NCBI GenBank assembly: GCA_950097015.1
Contig: CATNEN010000029.1
Coordinates: forward strand, 8,628,684-8,692,683
Reading direction: 5' to 3'
DNA length: 64,000 nucleotides
From: Macrostomum hystrix
Lineage: Eukaryota; Animalia; Platyhelminthes
The notes beneath the pieces were generated by a model, which made no database searches, was not told the DNA's origin, and saw nothing but the letters and a program-made list of their open reading frames with translations. Each line of letters begins with the position of its first letter. Positions within the stretch are counted from its first letter, which is position 1. This document shows, piece after piece, positions 25,401 through 37,812 of this stretch. Both the position numbers and the translations under genes were made by a program.

Positions 25401-25436
25401 TTGCCTATTGCACATTTTCATTAACACAAAGCCCAT
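22419..25436 (-). CDS. RP2: Protein XRP2 (ARL3 GAP; TBCC domain plus NDK-like domain), 6 exons, ~335 aa
   Basis: Exons 25436-25396 (tentative), 24965-24756, 24663-24491, 24409-24306, 23380-23065 and 22582-22419 sum to 1008 nt in frame. VDPKDF...GRLPGTINGQQF, ACQQFRTRDC, IHDFTPVTGE and GPVICLEFNG match human RP2 motifs. Confidence 0.92.
22605..22980. repeat. ~21-bp degenerate minisatellite in the last RP2 intron
   Basis: Unit GATTGGTTGATGGGAGATTCT. Confidence 0.9.
23435..24190. repeat. 34-bp minisatellite in RP2 intron 4
   Basis: Unit TGGCTATGCAAGCTACAGCATAGGAAGGGGTAAT. Confidence 0.96.
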
Positions 25437-26188
25437 TTTTCCTACAATTCTCTATATAAAAAGCTATTTTGAATATAAAGCTAGCTAGCTACAATTCAAA
25501 ATAGGATTAGCTAGAATCTATACAACACAAATAGTCAAAGTAATTATTTGTGCTGAATCATATCTGTAAAATGTGTTTTGGTGACCATTTGTTTGTATCA
25601 TAAGTTCTGGTAAAAAAAGAGAATTTCACAGACAGCTCAATGAAGAGACAGAAAACATAAAAAATACTATGTATGAAATGTTTGATATGCTTATACTTGA
25701 TTTTTTACTTTGTATAATTATTGTATTCACATTCTTGTTCATTTTTGTTTGCATAACACAATATACTAAAAACTTTCACATTTTAGGGGATTTGACAGAA
25801 ATCACAAAGCCCAAAAAGTGTTACTATAGTACACACTTTCCTATTATATAAATAGATATAAGCAAAAAATTAAAGCGCTTATACAGATGAAACAAATGAC
25901 ATTGAATGGCATTTTTAGGCACAACAATATTTTGAAATAAATATTTGATACAATTCTATTATCAGCTGGCACTTGAAATAGGTGCTATGCATTTCAGTAC
26001 CAGGCATTTTGGTGCCAATAAGTCCTTTGGTAGAGCTCTTGTGGTGGGGAATACTTTTTGGTACCATGTAGTCAATATGAAAATATGAACTGAAGTGCCA
26101 GCTTCAAATTTTATTGCCTGCCAACATTTGAATATAGGCCTAGCTGCATTGTCATTTGACCTTAGCACTACAACAACCTGCAGTAGAG

Positions 26189-28196
26189 GGTAACAGGACA
26201 ATTCGGTAACAGACAATTCGGTAACAGACAGTTCGGTAACACCACAGGACAGTTCGGTAACACCACAGGACAGTTCGGTAACACCACAGGACAGTTCGGT
26301 AACACCACAGGACAGTTCGGTAACACCACAGGACAGTTCGGTAACATATCAAGGGACAGTTCGGTAACAATTGATTAAACTGGATCGGAAGGGTTTTTTG
26401 CGAAATTATTTTATATTTAGTTCGGTAAAGTTACAAAGTAAAATCAAAAGTAAAATTGCATGTTACATATTTCACATTTGGGCGTCAAATAAAAAATAAA
26501 ACGTTAAAACTAAAAGCTAAAACTGAAACTGAACTGAAACTAAGACTGAAACTGAAACTAAGACTGAAGTCAAAGAAAAACATGTTACTTAGCGACAATG
26601 TACCGTGCTGCGGCCCGCAAAATTTGATTTGCCGTTTTCGTCCCAGCCTGATACTCTGCCCAATACTGAAAGATCTTCGCCTCCTTTGACTGATGAGCGC
26701 GTCTCTGATAGCGGCAAAGTCTCTCCTGGGACACCAGCTTCGCCTGGAGAGAGGCCACCCTTGCCTCATTGAAAAGGAGCGCAGCTAGCTTGTAGAAGCC
26801 AAGGTTACCGCTTCGCGCCCTCTGATTGAGTCGATTGTGATAACCTTCCGGGCCATTGTTGGTTCGAATGCTGCGGTTGAAAACGCTAACTTCGTCGAGC
26901 TGCCAGACATGACTGTGGATCCACGTGTTAGCGATGTACTCACAGAGTGCGCTCAGCTGCTCATTTTCTACTGCCTGTTGCAACTCCAAGAACTGAGCTT
27001 CCATGCGATTGCCAGGCAGAAAAGGGAGCGCCATTAATTTTTGGCAAAAGGCTCGGACTGTCTCATTGTTGGCATATGCCACTTGTAGGCCCAATGACTG
27101 CACTTGCCGCCAAATGGCTTGGGAGTAGTGGAAGTTGCAACCATGTCGCTTAACTTCCGGAAAAACTGTGGAGCATCTTCATCCATAGAGCTCTCTATAT
27201 CGGCAGGGTGTTGTGGCTGCAGATCTGGTCGTAGGTCATCTTGAGCGAGCTCTATTTCCTCATCAGAAGAGCTCTCCATGGGGACATCCTGCTGCTGCTG
27301 TTGTTGTTGTTGATGATGATGCAGTTGCTGCAGTTCATGTTGATGCTGATGCGGTTGCTGTTGCTGTTGCTGATGCTGAGGCTGTGGTTGTGGTTGTGGT
27401 TGCCGGCAGTTGTTGCATCTCCATTGAAAGCAATCAAGTTGCTGAAGGGCACGGTACTCCAGCTGGCTGATGCCACTGCCACAAGTGCGGTGTTGCCAGC
27501 AGTGACACTCATCGCATTGTAGACCTTGTTGTAGCCTACGTATGTCGTTGAAACAAACGACGCAGGCCGCGTGGTTCATGGTTCAACAATGTTACAATGT
27601 TTCTGATTCATGTTGACTGTTGAGGTATTTAATTGTGCTTTGTGACTGTCTACACTGTACTTCCCAACACTGTACTTGCCAATGCACATTACGTTCTTGC
27701 ATTAGTCATATTTTAGCCCCATGTTCACCGTGCGGCTGTCCCCACAACCCTATTTTGCTCACCCTCTGCCATCTTGCATATAATACAATTCTTGTATATT
27801 GATATAAATGCTACAATAAATCGTATTTCAGCAGCCAACTAGCACACTTTAGGCCCATTCATACATTCATCAAGTGAGGCCAAATTTTGTGTGATCACAC
27901 AATTTGCACTAATTTTTCATGCCTTTGTACATCCTTTTGAACAAGCTTTTACCCTACTTGCACACTCTAAATGACGTGTCAGTTTCAGATACATCAGTAA
28001 CATCAGTCAGTTGTGTCCTAGCAACGATAGTAGATACATTGTTAGAACAAACCTAGATTGTTATTATTGACTTTCAATTGTTACCGAACTGTACCCGGTG
28101 TGTTACCGAACTGTCTCTTGTATGTTACCGAACTGTCCTTGAGTGTTACCGAACTGTCTGTTACCGAACTGTCTGTTACCGAACTGTCCTGTATTC
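26189..28196 (-). mobile_element. Non-autonomous Mutator-like (MULE) transposon with repeat-built TIRs and an N-terminal PHD finger
   Basis: 8-bp TSD CAGTAGAG at 26181-26188 and 28197-28204; TIRs made of ACAGTTCGGTAAC repeats. ORF 27034-27579 has a C4HC3 PHD finger and polyQ. The second frame has AIWRQVQSLGL...LMALPFLP...RTNNGPEGYHNRLN, typical of the MULE C-terminus. The DDE core is deleted. Confidence 0.88.
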
Positions 28197-30649
28197 CAGT
28201 AGAGCCACTAGCTACTCAGTTACATATACCTGATAATTCAAGCTTTGTTCAAGCTACTGTGCATTGACATCGGTTATAACTTCAGTGGTCACAGTTCTCA
28301 GAAAAGTTAGTTTCAAATTAGTTATACAGATGTTGAGCATAAAAAGTATAGCAAAATATTGCATTGGGAACAATTTGCTTTAGGTACTGAAAAGCAGTCC
28401 CCACCCACCCCAAGAGCTAGGGCCTATACCAAAAAGTACAGACTAGTACCAAAATTCATACAATCCCTCAAAAGTAGTGGCAGTAGTTTAGCCTTAGCAG
28501 TCAAACTCATACAAGTATTTTTTCTTAAATGAACAAAATCAAATGAATTGGTTAAAGAATTATTACTTACCAAGAAAATTTGGGAGCATTGTCAACCTTG
28601 GGCGCAGTATCATTTGAATTCTGTGGCCCACCAAGCTTTCCCCAAAGACAACCCATATTTTAAGTATTATTTAGCTAGTAGTAGGCCGAGTAGGATTAGA
28701 GCCAGGAAAACAAAATCTTTATTAGAGCTCAATAAGGATTGAGCTAAATTGTTCAAAATAGGCTAAGAGAGTTTGTAATTGGACAGTCTTAATTTTCTAG
28801 CAAATAGGTCGAAGCTTAGCTAGGCCAAAACATTTAATAAACTGAACTCAGTTGGCGCCCTAGTGCAGGAAATGCATAAAAAGCTCTGCCCTCTTGTTTT
28901 TTTAATTAAATGAAGCCGAAGACTTGAATTGACGAGAATTAGTAAAACTAGTCCCCAATTAAACACTATAATACTTTAAGTATTAATTAAAATAAGGAAA
29001 AGAAAAGCACTGACAATTTAAAAAATCTCGGTAATTTTTTTAATCTACAGGCTCTAACTAGTCTTAGTAGTTAGTTTACAGAAACTAGTAATAAAATAGG
29101 ACGGTCGATTTAGAAAACTTGTCTTCTTAGAACGTCATTGTTTATAATTGAATACTTTTTATTTCCTAGAAACTAGACAAATGCACTTAACAAAAATATA
29201 CATTATTTATAAAAACTCTGATGTAATAAAAGCAACGTTTATATAGGCCCTATTTTGACAAATGGCTATACTTTGTATTTTTGCTCAGGTAAATCTGTAA
29301 AAATGTTTTGTCGCTTTGACATTTCCATTTCCTTCAATTAGCCGGGCGAACAGACAGACAGAACAGGCGGGCATGGTCATAATTTTATGCCTGGGCCTTT
29401 TTATTAGTTTTGAGCTTTTTTGAATCGACAGTCGACACTGGCATGAAAAGTAAAGTCAGTGAAATAAATTATCACAAGAGAATAAGCCACATCCTAATTT
29501 TTATGATTGTAATAGGTTATTGGACACTAAGCAACTTCGTCATCAGCTTTTTCGTCATCTGGATCTGGATGACGAAGTGTCCAGGGTCTAAGAGGGTGGA
29601 TGACGTAATGACCAAGACTTGTAGATACTTCGTACTCTACGATTTATGACAGGGTGCATGTTTAAGCGATGCTAACATAACTAACATTCAGAGTTAATGC
29701 TTTTGGCTATCTATTACACATTTTTCAAATCCAATATTATATCTAATATTACTGATGTTTTAAGTATGCTAGTCCGCATATCAATAGGTAATACAATACT
29801 TATGGGCCTGGACTTCATACATGGGCCTAGGGTCTTGATGAAATTTGATAAAAAACTAGAATGCTTCTGACTCCCTAACAGTTAGGTTGTAGCTTTTTAG
29901 ACAAATGTTTTTATGCATTAGAGTGTTATTCTACTAAAGCTCTGTAGCTACTCCACATCATATACTTAAGCAGATTTTTTCTAGTTTATATAGGCATATT
30001 GTCTTGTAATGGCATGCCTTGGCTTGGTATGTAAAGGCAGGGCAGGGGCAAAATATATATAGGCTATTATCCCCCTGCCCCTCCCCAAAATTTTTATACT
30101 TGCAATTGGTGTACCCTATTTTATCTAATGTATAAAGCTCTCTATTAGCTATAGCCTGTACTTTAGCCACATAGATTTGTTGTCAAATAGGCTTTCACTG
30201 AATTAACTGGTTGTCACAATTAGCTAGTATTGGCACACCTCACAGTGTCCATTGGAGCAATGGTACCTCCTTGGTATAATGGTGCCTACTAGTTGTAGGG
30301 CCTGCTACCCAAATGTGTACCCCTTTCCAAAAAATGATTGCTGATTCATTGTTAATAGTACTTAGGCATTGATTAGGTTTGTTATAATAAGCCTATAGTA
30401 TCATGATCTAGCTAGTGTTAGCATAATGGTCAGTGGCCCAGTGTGCAATCAATAATAATTATTTATCATACCTGCCTCCATTGGACCAGATGTGTAGCCA
30501 ACCTATAGCAATAGCAATTGCACAGAGCATCTAAAGTCTGCATATAGTTGTTTAGTCTATGGACTTATGGGATGCTATACCCTCAATTCCTCTAGCTAAT
30601 CCTAATACCTTGTACCCATTAAACAGCTAGGCGAACTTGCAGAGTTAAA

Positions 30650-30735
30650 GACAAATTGTTCTAGTGGCAGTCAGGAATCAAACCTCCAACCTGTAATTTT
30701 AGAGTCTCATGCCCTAACCACTAGGCTATAGCACC
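30650..30735 (-). mobile_element. SINE family A head fragment
   Basis: The reverse complement has TAGCCTAGTGGTTAG and a degenerate B box. Confidence 0.55.
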
Positions 30736-31393
30736 CTTTTAACTATCAATCATCAATCTCTGGTCTAGTTTGTGCTCTAGTATAGTATAGTATATTATCC
30801 AAAGTAGGGTTAACCCTGACTACCATGTCTAGATAACAATTATAAATTATAGACAAATCATGACAGTGATTCTATATTCTTCAGCTATATATACTTTTAG
30901 GTAGCCATATGTACCTGTGTCACCCTGTCAATTTAATTATTAGACAATGTCTAGATTCTTACTGCACCTTGTTATTGGTCCTCATGTGAATAGTTGGATA
31001 AGCTCCAAAGCCTTCTCTTTGCTGCTACCCTTAATTAATGTAGCAAATTAAGTTTACTTTGTAATTTATTTGAGCATATGAACTTGATAACAATAGTCAG
31101 AAAAATTGATCTGCCACTTAACCCCTTGTAAATCAGTTTAGTTAAAGTAGCCTAGTCTATCATATATTTATTTATTAGCAATGCTATCCAATCAAACTAA
31201 TTAACAAGTTTTTGAAAATTAAATAATATATTAAACAATGCAAGAACTTGGCTGTATTTCATAAATCAGTGCAAAAAAATGCAAATCAGTGCAAATTCAT
31301 GTCTATTTTTATTTTCATGCATCTTTCTAAAGTAGCAAGGCTAATTGTATGGGATTTTTTTGCAGATTCAAATTACTACAGTTCAAATGCGCT

Positions 31394-33438
31394 ATGCCAC
31401 CCAGCTTAGAGAAGCAGCAGCAGCAACAGCCAGTTGCATTTAGCCACAACAATCTGCACTTTTGGCAGCGTGTGGCAGCTTCCTCCTTAGGCGGCGTGGC
31501 CACCTCGTTGACCATGACGCCATTCGATGTTGTGAAAACTCGCATGCAAGCGCAGGCAAGGCCACAGAAATTTGGCAGCGGCAATTGCTTCCTGTATTGT
31601 AATGGCCTGATGGATCACCTGTGCATGTGTGCGCCCGATAATGATAAATCAGTACCCTGGTATAGAAAACCGGGAGCCGCCAAGTTCACGTCACCCCTGG
31701 TGAATTCATTTCTAACCATGTTTACCTGTATGATTTTGAACGTTAGATTGTTATTGGAAGTAAATTTACATGGCAAACTTACAATTAAACTACTATTAAT
31801 TAGGACGCATTGATCAAAATAGTTCGTCACGAGGGTCCTCAGTCTCTCTACTCCGGCCTATCTGCGACCCTCATCCTAGCCATACCTAGCACTGTGATCT
31901 ACTTCACTAGCATGGACTTGATAAAGGCTAGCCTGGGCTACAGGCCGCCACACGATACAGATGGCAAAGCATGGGTGCCGCCTGTTGCTGCCGTCTCAGC
32001 TCGACTGGTGTCAGTGATGTGTGTGTCACCACTAGAACTGGTGCGCACCAGTATGCAGGTGAGACAGATATGACTGCGCGGAGACAACTGTTAAACTGTT
32101 GATCTACCGTTATCCTGAATGCCATGACAAACTGTTGATCTGCCATTATCCTGAATCCCATGACAAACTAATGATCTACCATTATCCTGAATCACGTGAC
32201 AAACTAATGATCTGCCGTTATCCTGAATCCCATGACAAACTAATGATCTGCCGTTATCCTGAATCCCATGACAAACTAATTATCTGCCATTATCCTGAAT
32301 CCCATGACAAACTGTTAATCTGCCATTATCCTGAATCCCATGACAAACTGTTAATCTGCCATTATCCTGAATCCCATGACATACTGTTAATCTGCCATTA
32401 TCCTGAATCCCATGACAAACGGTTAATCTGCCATTATCCTGAATCCCTTGACAAACTGTTGATCTGCCATTATCCTGAATCCCTTGACAAACTGTTAATC
32501 TGCCATTATCCTGAATCCCTTGACAAACTGTTAATCTGCCATTATCCTGAATCCCTTGACAAACTGTTGATCTGCCATTATCCTGAATCCCTTGACAAAC
32601 TGTTGATCTGCCATTATCCTGAATCCCTTGAGAAACTGTTGATCTGCCATTATCCTGAATCCCATGACAAACTGTTGATCTACCTTTAAGCCCGAATTAT
32701 CCCTGTCAAACAATTTAATTCCGAATTATCCGTGCCAAACTACTTTATCCTGAATTATCCTTATCAAAATATTTTATCCCGAATTATCCTTGTGAAACAA
32801 GTTTATCCCGAATTGTCCCTGTAAAACTATTTTTTCCAAAATTATTCCTGTCAAACGTTTTCCCGAATTCTCCCTGTCAAACTATGTTTTCCTGAATTAT
32901 CCATGTCGAACTTCAAGCCTAACCGATTTCCCTTTCCCAGACGCAGCGCACAGACTGGTCGATGGTGCTTCGCTCAGCCAGTTCTGAGGTCCGCGCCCAC
33001 GGGCCTCTCACCCTGTGGCGCGGTGTTGTGCCAACCCTACTGCGCGACTTGCCTTTCTCTGGTATCTATTGGCTGACATTCGATTCGCTTAGGACCGCTA
33101 GGCTGCGCTACGCCAATGTCGATTCGTTGTCTATGGCCGAAGCTGCCAGCCTGGGCGGTCTGGCTGGCCTAATCGCCGGCCTAGCCACTCTGCCATTCGA
33201 CGTGGTTAAGACGCACAAGCAGATGGAGCTGGGTGTTAGGGCCGGCGAGAAGGCCGCTACTGGCGACTCGGTGCTCAGCGCGATGCGCAGTCTGGTCAAA
33301 CAGGGCGGCTTTGCAGCTCTGTTCACAGGACTGGCGCCTCGCCTACTCAAAGTGGTGCCCGCTTCGGCCATTATGGTTGGCAGTTTCGAGTGCTTGAAGA
33401 ATTATTTTAGCAGGGCCAATGCTGACTCGAGTGTTTGA
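31394..33438 (+). CDS. SLC25A40: Mitochondrial carrier SLC25A39/SLC25A40 (Mtm1/Shawn-like), 3 exons, ~352 aa
   Basis: Exons 31394-31699, 31804-32058 and 32941-33438 sum to 1059 nt in frame. Three PxDxxK/PxExxR carrier signatures and the family-specific [13 protein letters not shown] loop. Assignment to A39 versus A40 is not resolvable. Confidence 0.9.
32085..32690. repeat. 36-bp minisatellite in SLC25 intron 2
   Basis: Unit TGCCATTATCCTGAATCCCATGACAAACTGTTAATC. Confidence 0.95.
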
Positions 33439-33594
33439 TTTATTAGATCTAGTCTGTTTTTTTAATCTATTTGCTCGTGATTATCATCTATAATTATTTT
33501 TTAATAATTGGTTTTTAGTCTATCAAAGCAAGAATTCAAAAAAATTAAGGATTCGACATCTTCCAGTGGACTCGACTATGTAAACTAGCTCTTG

Positions 33595-33860
33595 CCCTTA
33601 GACAGACAAAAGCCTGGGGATTCAAATCCCATGAAGGCCTTAGCCCTTAGACAATAGCCTGGGGATTGAAATCCCAATGAAGGCCATAGCCCTTAGACAA
33701 AAGCCTGGGGATTGAAATCCCATGAAGGCCATAGCCCTTAGACAAAAGCCTGGGGATTGAAATCCCATGAAGGCCATAGCCCTTAGACAAAAGCCTGGGG
33801 ATTTAAATCCCAATGAAGGCCTTAGCCCTTAGACAAAAGCCATTGAATTAAAATCCCATG
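33595..33860. repeat. ~42-bp tandem repeat, ~6 copies
   Basis: Unit AGCCCTTAGACAAAAGCCTGGGGATTGAAATCCCATGAAGGCCAT-like. Confidence 0.85.
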
Positions 33861-34287
33861 CAGAATAGGTAATAGCCATTAAACAGAACCTTAGCAGTTC
33901 TATACTCCACATTAAATGAATATAGGCATGGGTAATCTAGTATTTTAGTCATATTTTTGTTATAAATAATCATAAATCATAACTTTCTGATTTTTACAGT
34001 TTCGATTCAATCTTGACTATGTATGCCAGTGCAGAATCCAGTGATTCTTCAGATCGTTTCAGAATGCATGAAATTTTTCAGCATTTTTTATCAAATCCTG
34101 ACGTGCTCTTTGTATTAAAACAGGTGACTTTTATTCGTGTATATTGAGTTGTCGAAGTAAAAAGTGGAGTTCGATGTGAATAATGGCGAGCTGGTGCCGC
34201 TAAGCTGACTACTTTTTTATTTGCTTAACGGTAGGTAGGACTACCAAGCCATTTTGCCGCCCGTTTATACTAATGGGGGGATTTCCC

Positions 34288-34640
34288 AACAGCGTTGGGT
34301 GGTGACTGATTGGTTGACAGACTCGGCAATCGTTTACTGTGGTTGATCTGCGCCTAATATTTAGGCTTGATCAGTGAAATTGTAGAAATTCGCGTCAGGG
34401 TGTCCATAGTGGCCTAGTTCCACCTGTCGTAGCCCTTTAAGGTCCTGCAGTCCGTCTAGATAAAGGTAGGTGACCACCGAAGACGGAGATGATGCAGGCA
34501 CATTCGGGTGACATGCTGATAAATTTTGAAGGCCTGGCAAGGCCGCACTGAGGCTCGGTGCTAATTAGCATCGTGTATAGGGGAGTATGAAATGAAATAC
34601 ACTAGCGCTTATGGGAAAAATCCGACCTTCGGCCAGAACC
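34288..34640. repeat. ~350-bp dispersed repeat, copy 2 (inverted relative to 10322-10670)
   Basis: Direct sequence comparison by eye. Confidence 0.85.
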
Positions 34641-34802
34641 TGATCAGTTCGCTGATTTCTTGTTGCTAATTTTCATTTCAGTTAAAGGCGAGGAATAACT
34701 CTTGACAGCAATGAACGAGTGAGATCAGCCTCTCAAAGGCAAGCGCTGAAATCAACAGCGAGATAGTGATAAAACAATCAGAATCATTCATTGAAGTGCA
34801 CA

Positions 34803-37800
34803 ATGAGCCGCGTTATCAAAAGCTTGCGCAATCTGGAAATCGCCGGCCGATTGGATCTGTCGTCAAAGTCCTCCAGTCGATTGGAAGACGATGATCAGCA
34901 GCAGCAGGCGACGGCAGCGGCAGATGGCGCTGGAAAATCTGGCAGCCTATTGAGCCGATTGAAGCCGGGCAAGCAGAAGAGCTACGAGAGCCTCATGGAC
35001 GCCGGTTCGCCAACTGAGGAGCGGCCGCAGCAGCAGCAGTCAAGCTGGGCCACATTCGATGATTGCACTAATCTGATTGATCTCTCCTCCCCGTTGCCAC
35101 CGCAACCGATGCCGACGCAGATTCAGCCGGCCTTATTTATCGACGTATCGGCTCCACCCGATGAGCAGGAGCAGCAACGGCAGCAGCAGCAGCCGAAGCC
35201 AATAATCATTCGATCGGACAATGGTGCCGCTAAGCACAGCGCCAGTCTAGAGGGCCTGAACGTGCAAACGGCTGGCGGCCAAGCAATTTTCAATCCGTCG
35301 TTTCGCAAAGAATCCCCGAAGGCTAAGGCCGCGCCGGCGCCGCCTCCGTCGAGATCTTCGACTGCTAATTCGGCTCGAACGCCGCCGCCAAGGCCGGGTC
35401 AGCCACCGCCAAGACCGAGCCAGCCGCCGAAGGTAATGAGCTGATGTTGGCTTGCTTCATTTTCATTAATTAGCATTTCCATCTACGAGTAAAATACGAC
35501 AACGTTTCCCATAACACAGATAACTACAAGCGCTTCAAGTAACGCTCTGCTGCTGCTGGATCTAGATTTTGGCCAGCCACAGCAGCAGCAGCAGCAGCAG
35601 CAGCAGCCCGTGACAAAATCGCGCAAAGCGCCTGCACCACCGCCTCCATCTCAGCGGAGACAGCCTCAGCAGCAGGCTTTGCCTACTCCATCTTTTGCCG
35701 CCTCCCAGCTGTCTCCGGGCGCTGTTTGTTTAGCTAAATTTGATTTGGCCAATACACCAGATCCCGGCATTCTCACCTTGCAACGAGGCGATCGTTTAAT
35801 AATTGTTCGACAGGAGGACGACAACTGGATGGTGGCCAGAAGGCTGAGCGGCGACGAACGAGAGGGCCTTGTAGCGTGCAGCTATTTGGAATTGGCTGAC
35901 AACTGTGAGTTTATTTTATTGCAAGCGTTTCGGAAAGATGTGTCTCCAGGTGAATCTAGGTGTGTCTCCAGGTGAATCTAGGTGTGTGTCTCCAGGTGAA
36001 TCTAGGTGTGTCTCCAGGTGAATCTAGGTGTGTGTCTCCAGGTGAATCTAGGTGTGTGTCTCCAGGTGAATCTAGGTGTGTCTCCAGGTGAATCTAGGTG
36101 TGTCTCCAGGTGAATCTAGGTGTGTCTCCAGGTGAATCTAGGTGTGTCTCCAGGTGAATCTAGGTGTGTCTCCAGGTGAATCTAGGTGAATCTAGGTGTG
36201 TCTCCAGGTGAATCTAGGTGTGTGTCTCCAGGTGAATCTAGGTGTGTCTCCAGGTGAATCTAGGTGTGTGTCTCCAGGTGAATCTAGGTGTGTGTCTCCA
36301 GGTGAATCTAGGTGTGTCTCCAGGTGAATCTAGGTGTGTGTCTCCAGGTGAATCTAGGTGTGTCTCCAGGTGAATCTAGGTGTGTCTCCAGGTGAATCTA
36401 GGTGTGTCTCCAGGTGAATCTAGGTGTGTCTCCAGGTGAATCTAGGTGTGTCTCCAGGTGAATCTAGGTGTGTCTCCAGGTGAATCTAGGTGTGTCTCCA
36501 GGTGAATCTAGGTGTGTGTATCTAGGTGAATCTAGGTGTGTCTCCAGGTGAATCTAGGTGTGTCTCCAGGTGAATCTAGGTGTGTCTCCAGGTGAATCTA
36601 GGTGTGTCTCCAGGTGAATCTAGGTGTGTGTATCTAGGTGAATCTAGGTGTGTCTCCAGGTGAATCTAGGTGTGTCTCCAGGTGAATCTAGGTGTGTCTC
36701 CAGGTGAATCTAGGTGTGTGTATCTAGGTGAATCTAGGTGTGTCTCCAGGTGAATCTAGGTGTGTTTATCTAGGTGAATCTAGGTGCGTCTCCAGGTGAA
36801 AAACATTCCTTCCAGTAGTTATCTATGTTACTCAAGCAGTTACTACTGCGAAATAAATTATAATCTAGATAATCATTGACCGAACCTTTGTATGCGAAAT
36901 GCTATTTATAAATGTTTCTAGCCATTTAGCTAGACTAAAAAACCGTAAGCAGTGATAAGATCGGCCCGTGATATTCCAGTTATGTTACTAACACATAGTT
37001 TAGTTCCAGCTGCCTAATTTTACTGCTTCCAAAGCATGTAGAACAATTTTGAAATAAAAATTTGCAGTGCTACAGTATACGAGTATAAGATATACAGCAA
37101 AGGGGCACAGTGACACAGGGCGCAATTTGGTTTGATATTCAAAAGCTCTACTAACCTCTAGATTGCTGCTGAGTTGCAACAACTTGTAGCAAATATTTGT
37201 GCTGCTTAGAACTTCTGCCCCTTTGATTGTATTGAAGCGACCGCGCCCGAACCCGCGGACGATTCGATTGGAATTGCGCGCGCTCTGCACGATTATCGAT
37301 CCGATCATTCCGGCGATCTGAGCTTCTCTACCGGCCAGTTGATTGTGAAAATTCGCCAGGTCGATTCTGATTGGCTGGAAGGCCAGCTGGCTTCCAGCGG
37401 GCAGCGCGGCCTATTCCCAGCCAATCACGCTCAACTAATACTCTACACTGCCACTGCTAAGCACGCTTTCCCGGCTCAACAGGCCGGCGATTTAGCCCTA
37501 GAAGTCGGTGACGAAGTTGACATTCAGTCCGAGCTGCCCGGCGGCGAATGGCTCCAAGGTCGGCGAGTTCGCGACGGAGCTGACGGCACATTTCCTGCGG
37601 CCTTTATTGTCCGATCCGACGTGGCTAGTCAAGGAAAGCCAACGGCCCGGGCGATCTACGATTTTTCTGGCCGCGAAGTGGACGAGCTGAGCCTGCAGGC
37701 TGGCGACCTGCTGACGGACCTAGTCGAGCAGGGGCCAGATTGGATGGCGGGTGTCGCCGTTGCCGATGGTCGCCGCGGCATCTTTCCCAGGGCCTTCGTG

Positions 37801-37812
37801 GAGATGCTCTGA
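34803..37812 (+). CDS. Proline-rich adaptor with four C-terminal SH3 domains (SH3D19/Eve-1-like), 3 exons, ~529 aa
   Basis: Exons 34803-35432, 35520-35904 and 37238-37812 sum to 1590 nt in frame. PxxP-rich N-terminus; SH3 motifs (AKFD...DNW, ALHDY...DW, AKHAF...EW, AIYDF...DW...GIFP). Confidence 0.85.
35940..36800. repeat. 22/24-bp minisatellite in SH3 gene intron 2
   Basis: Unit TCTCCAGGTGAATCTAGGTGTG. Confidence 0.96.
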
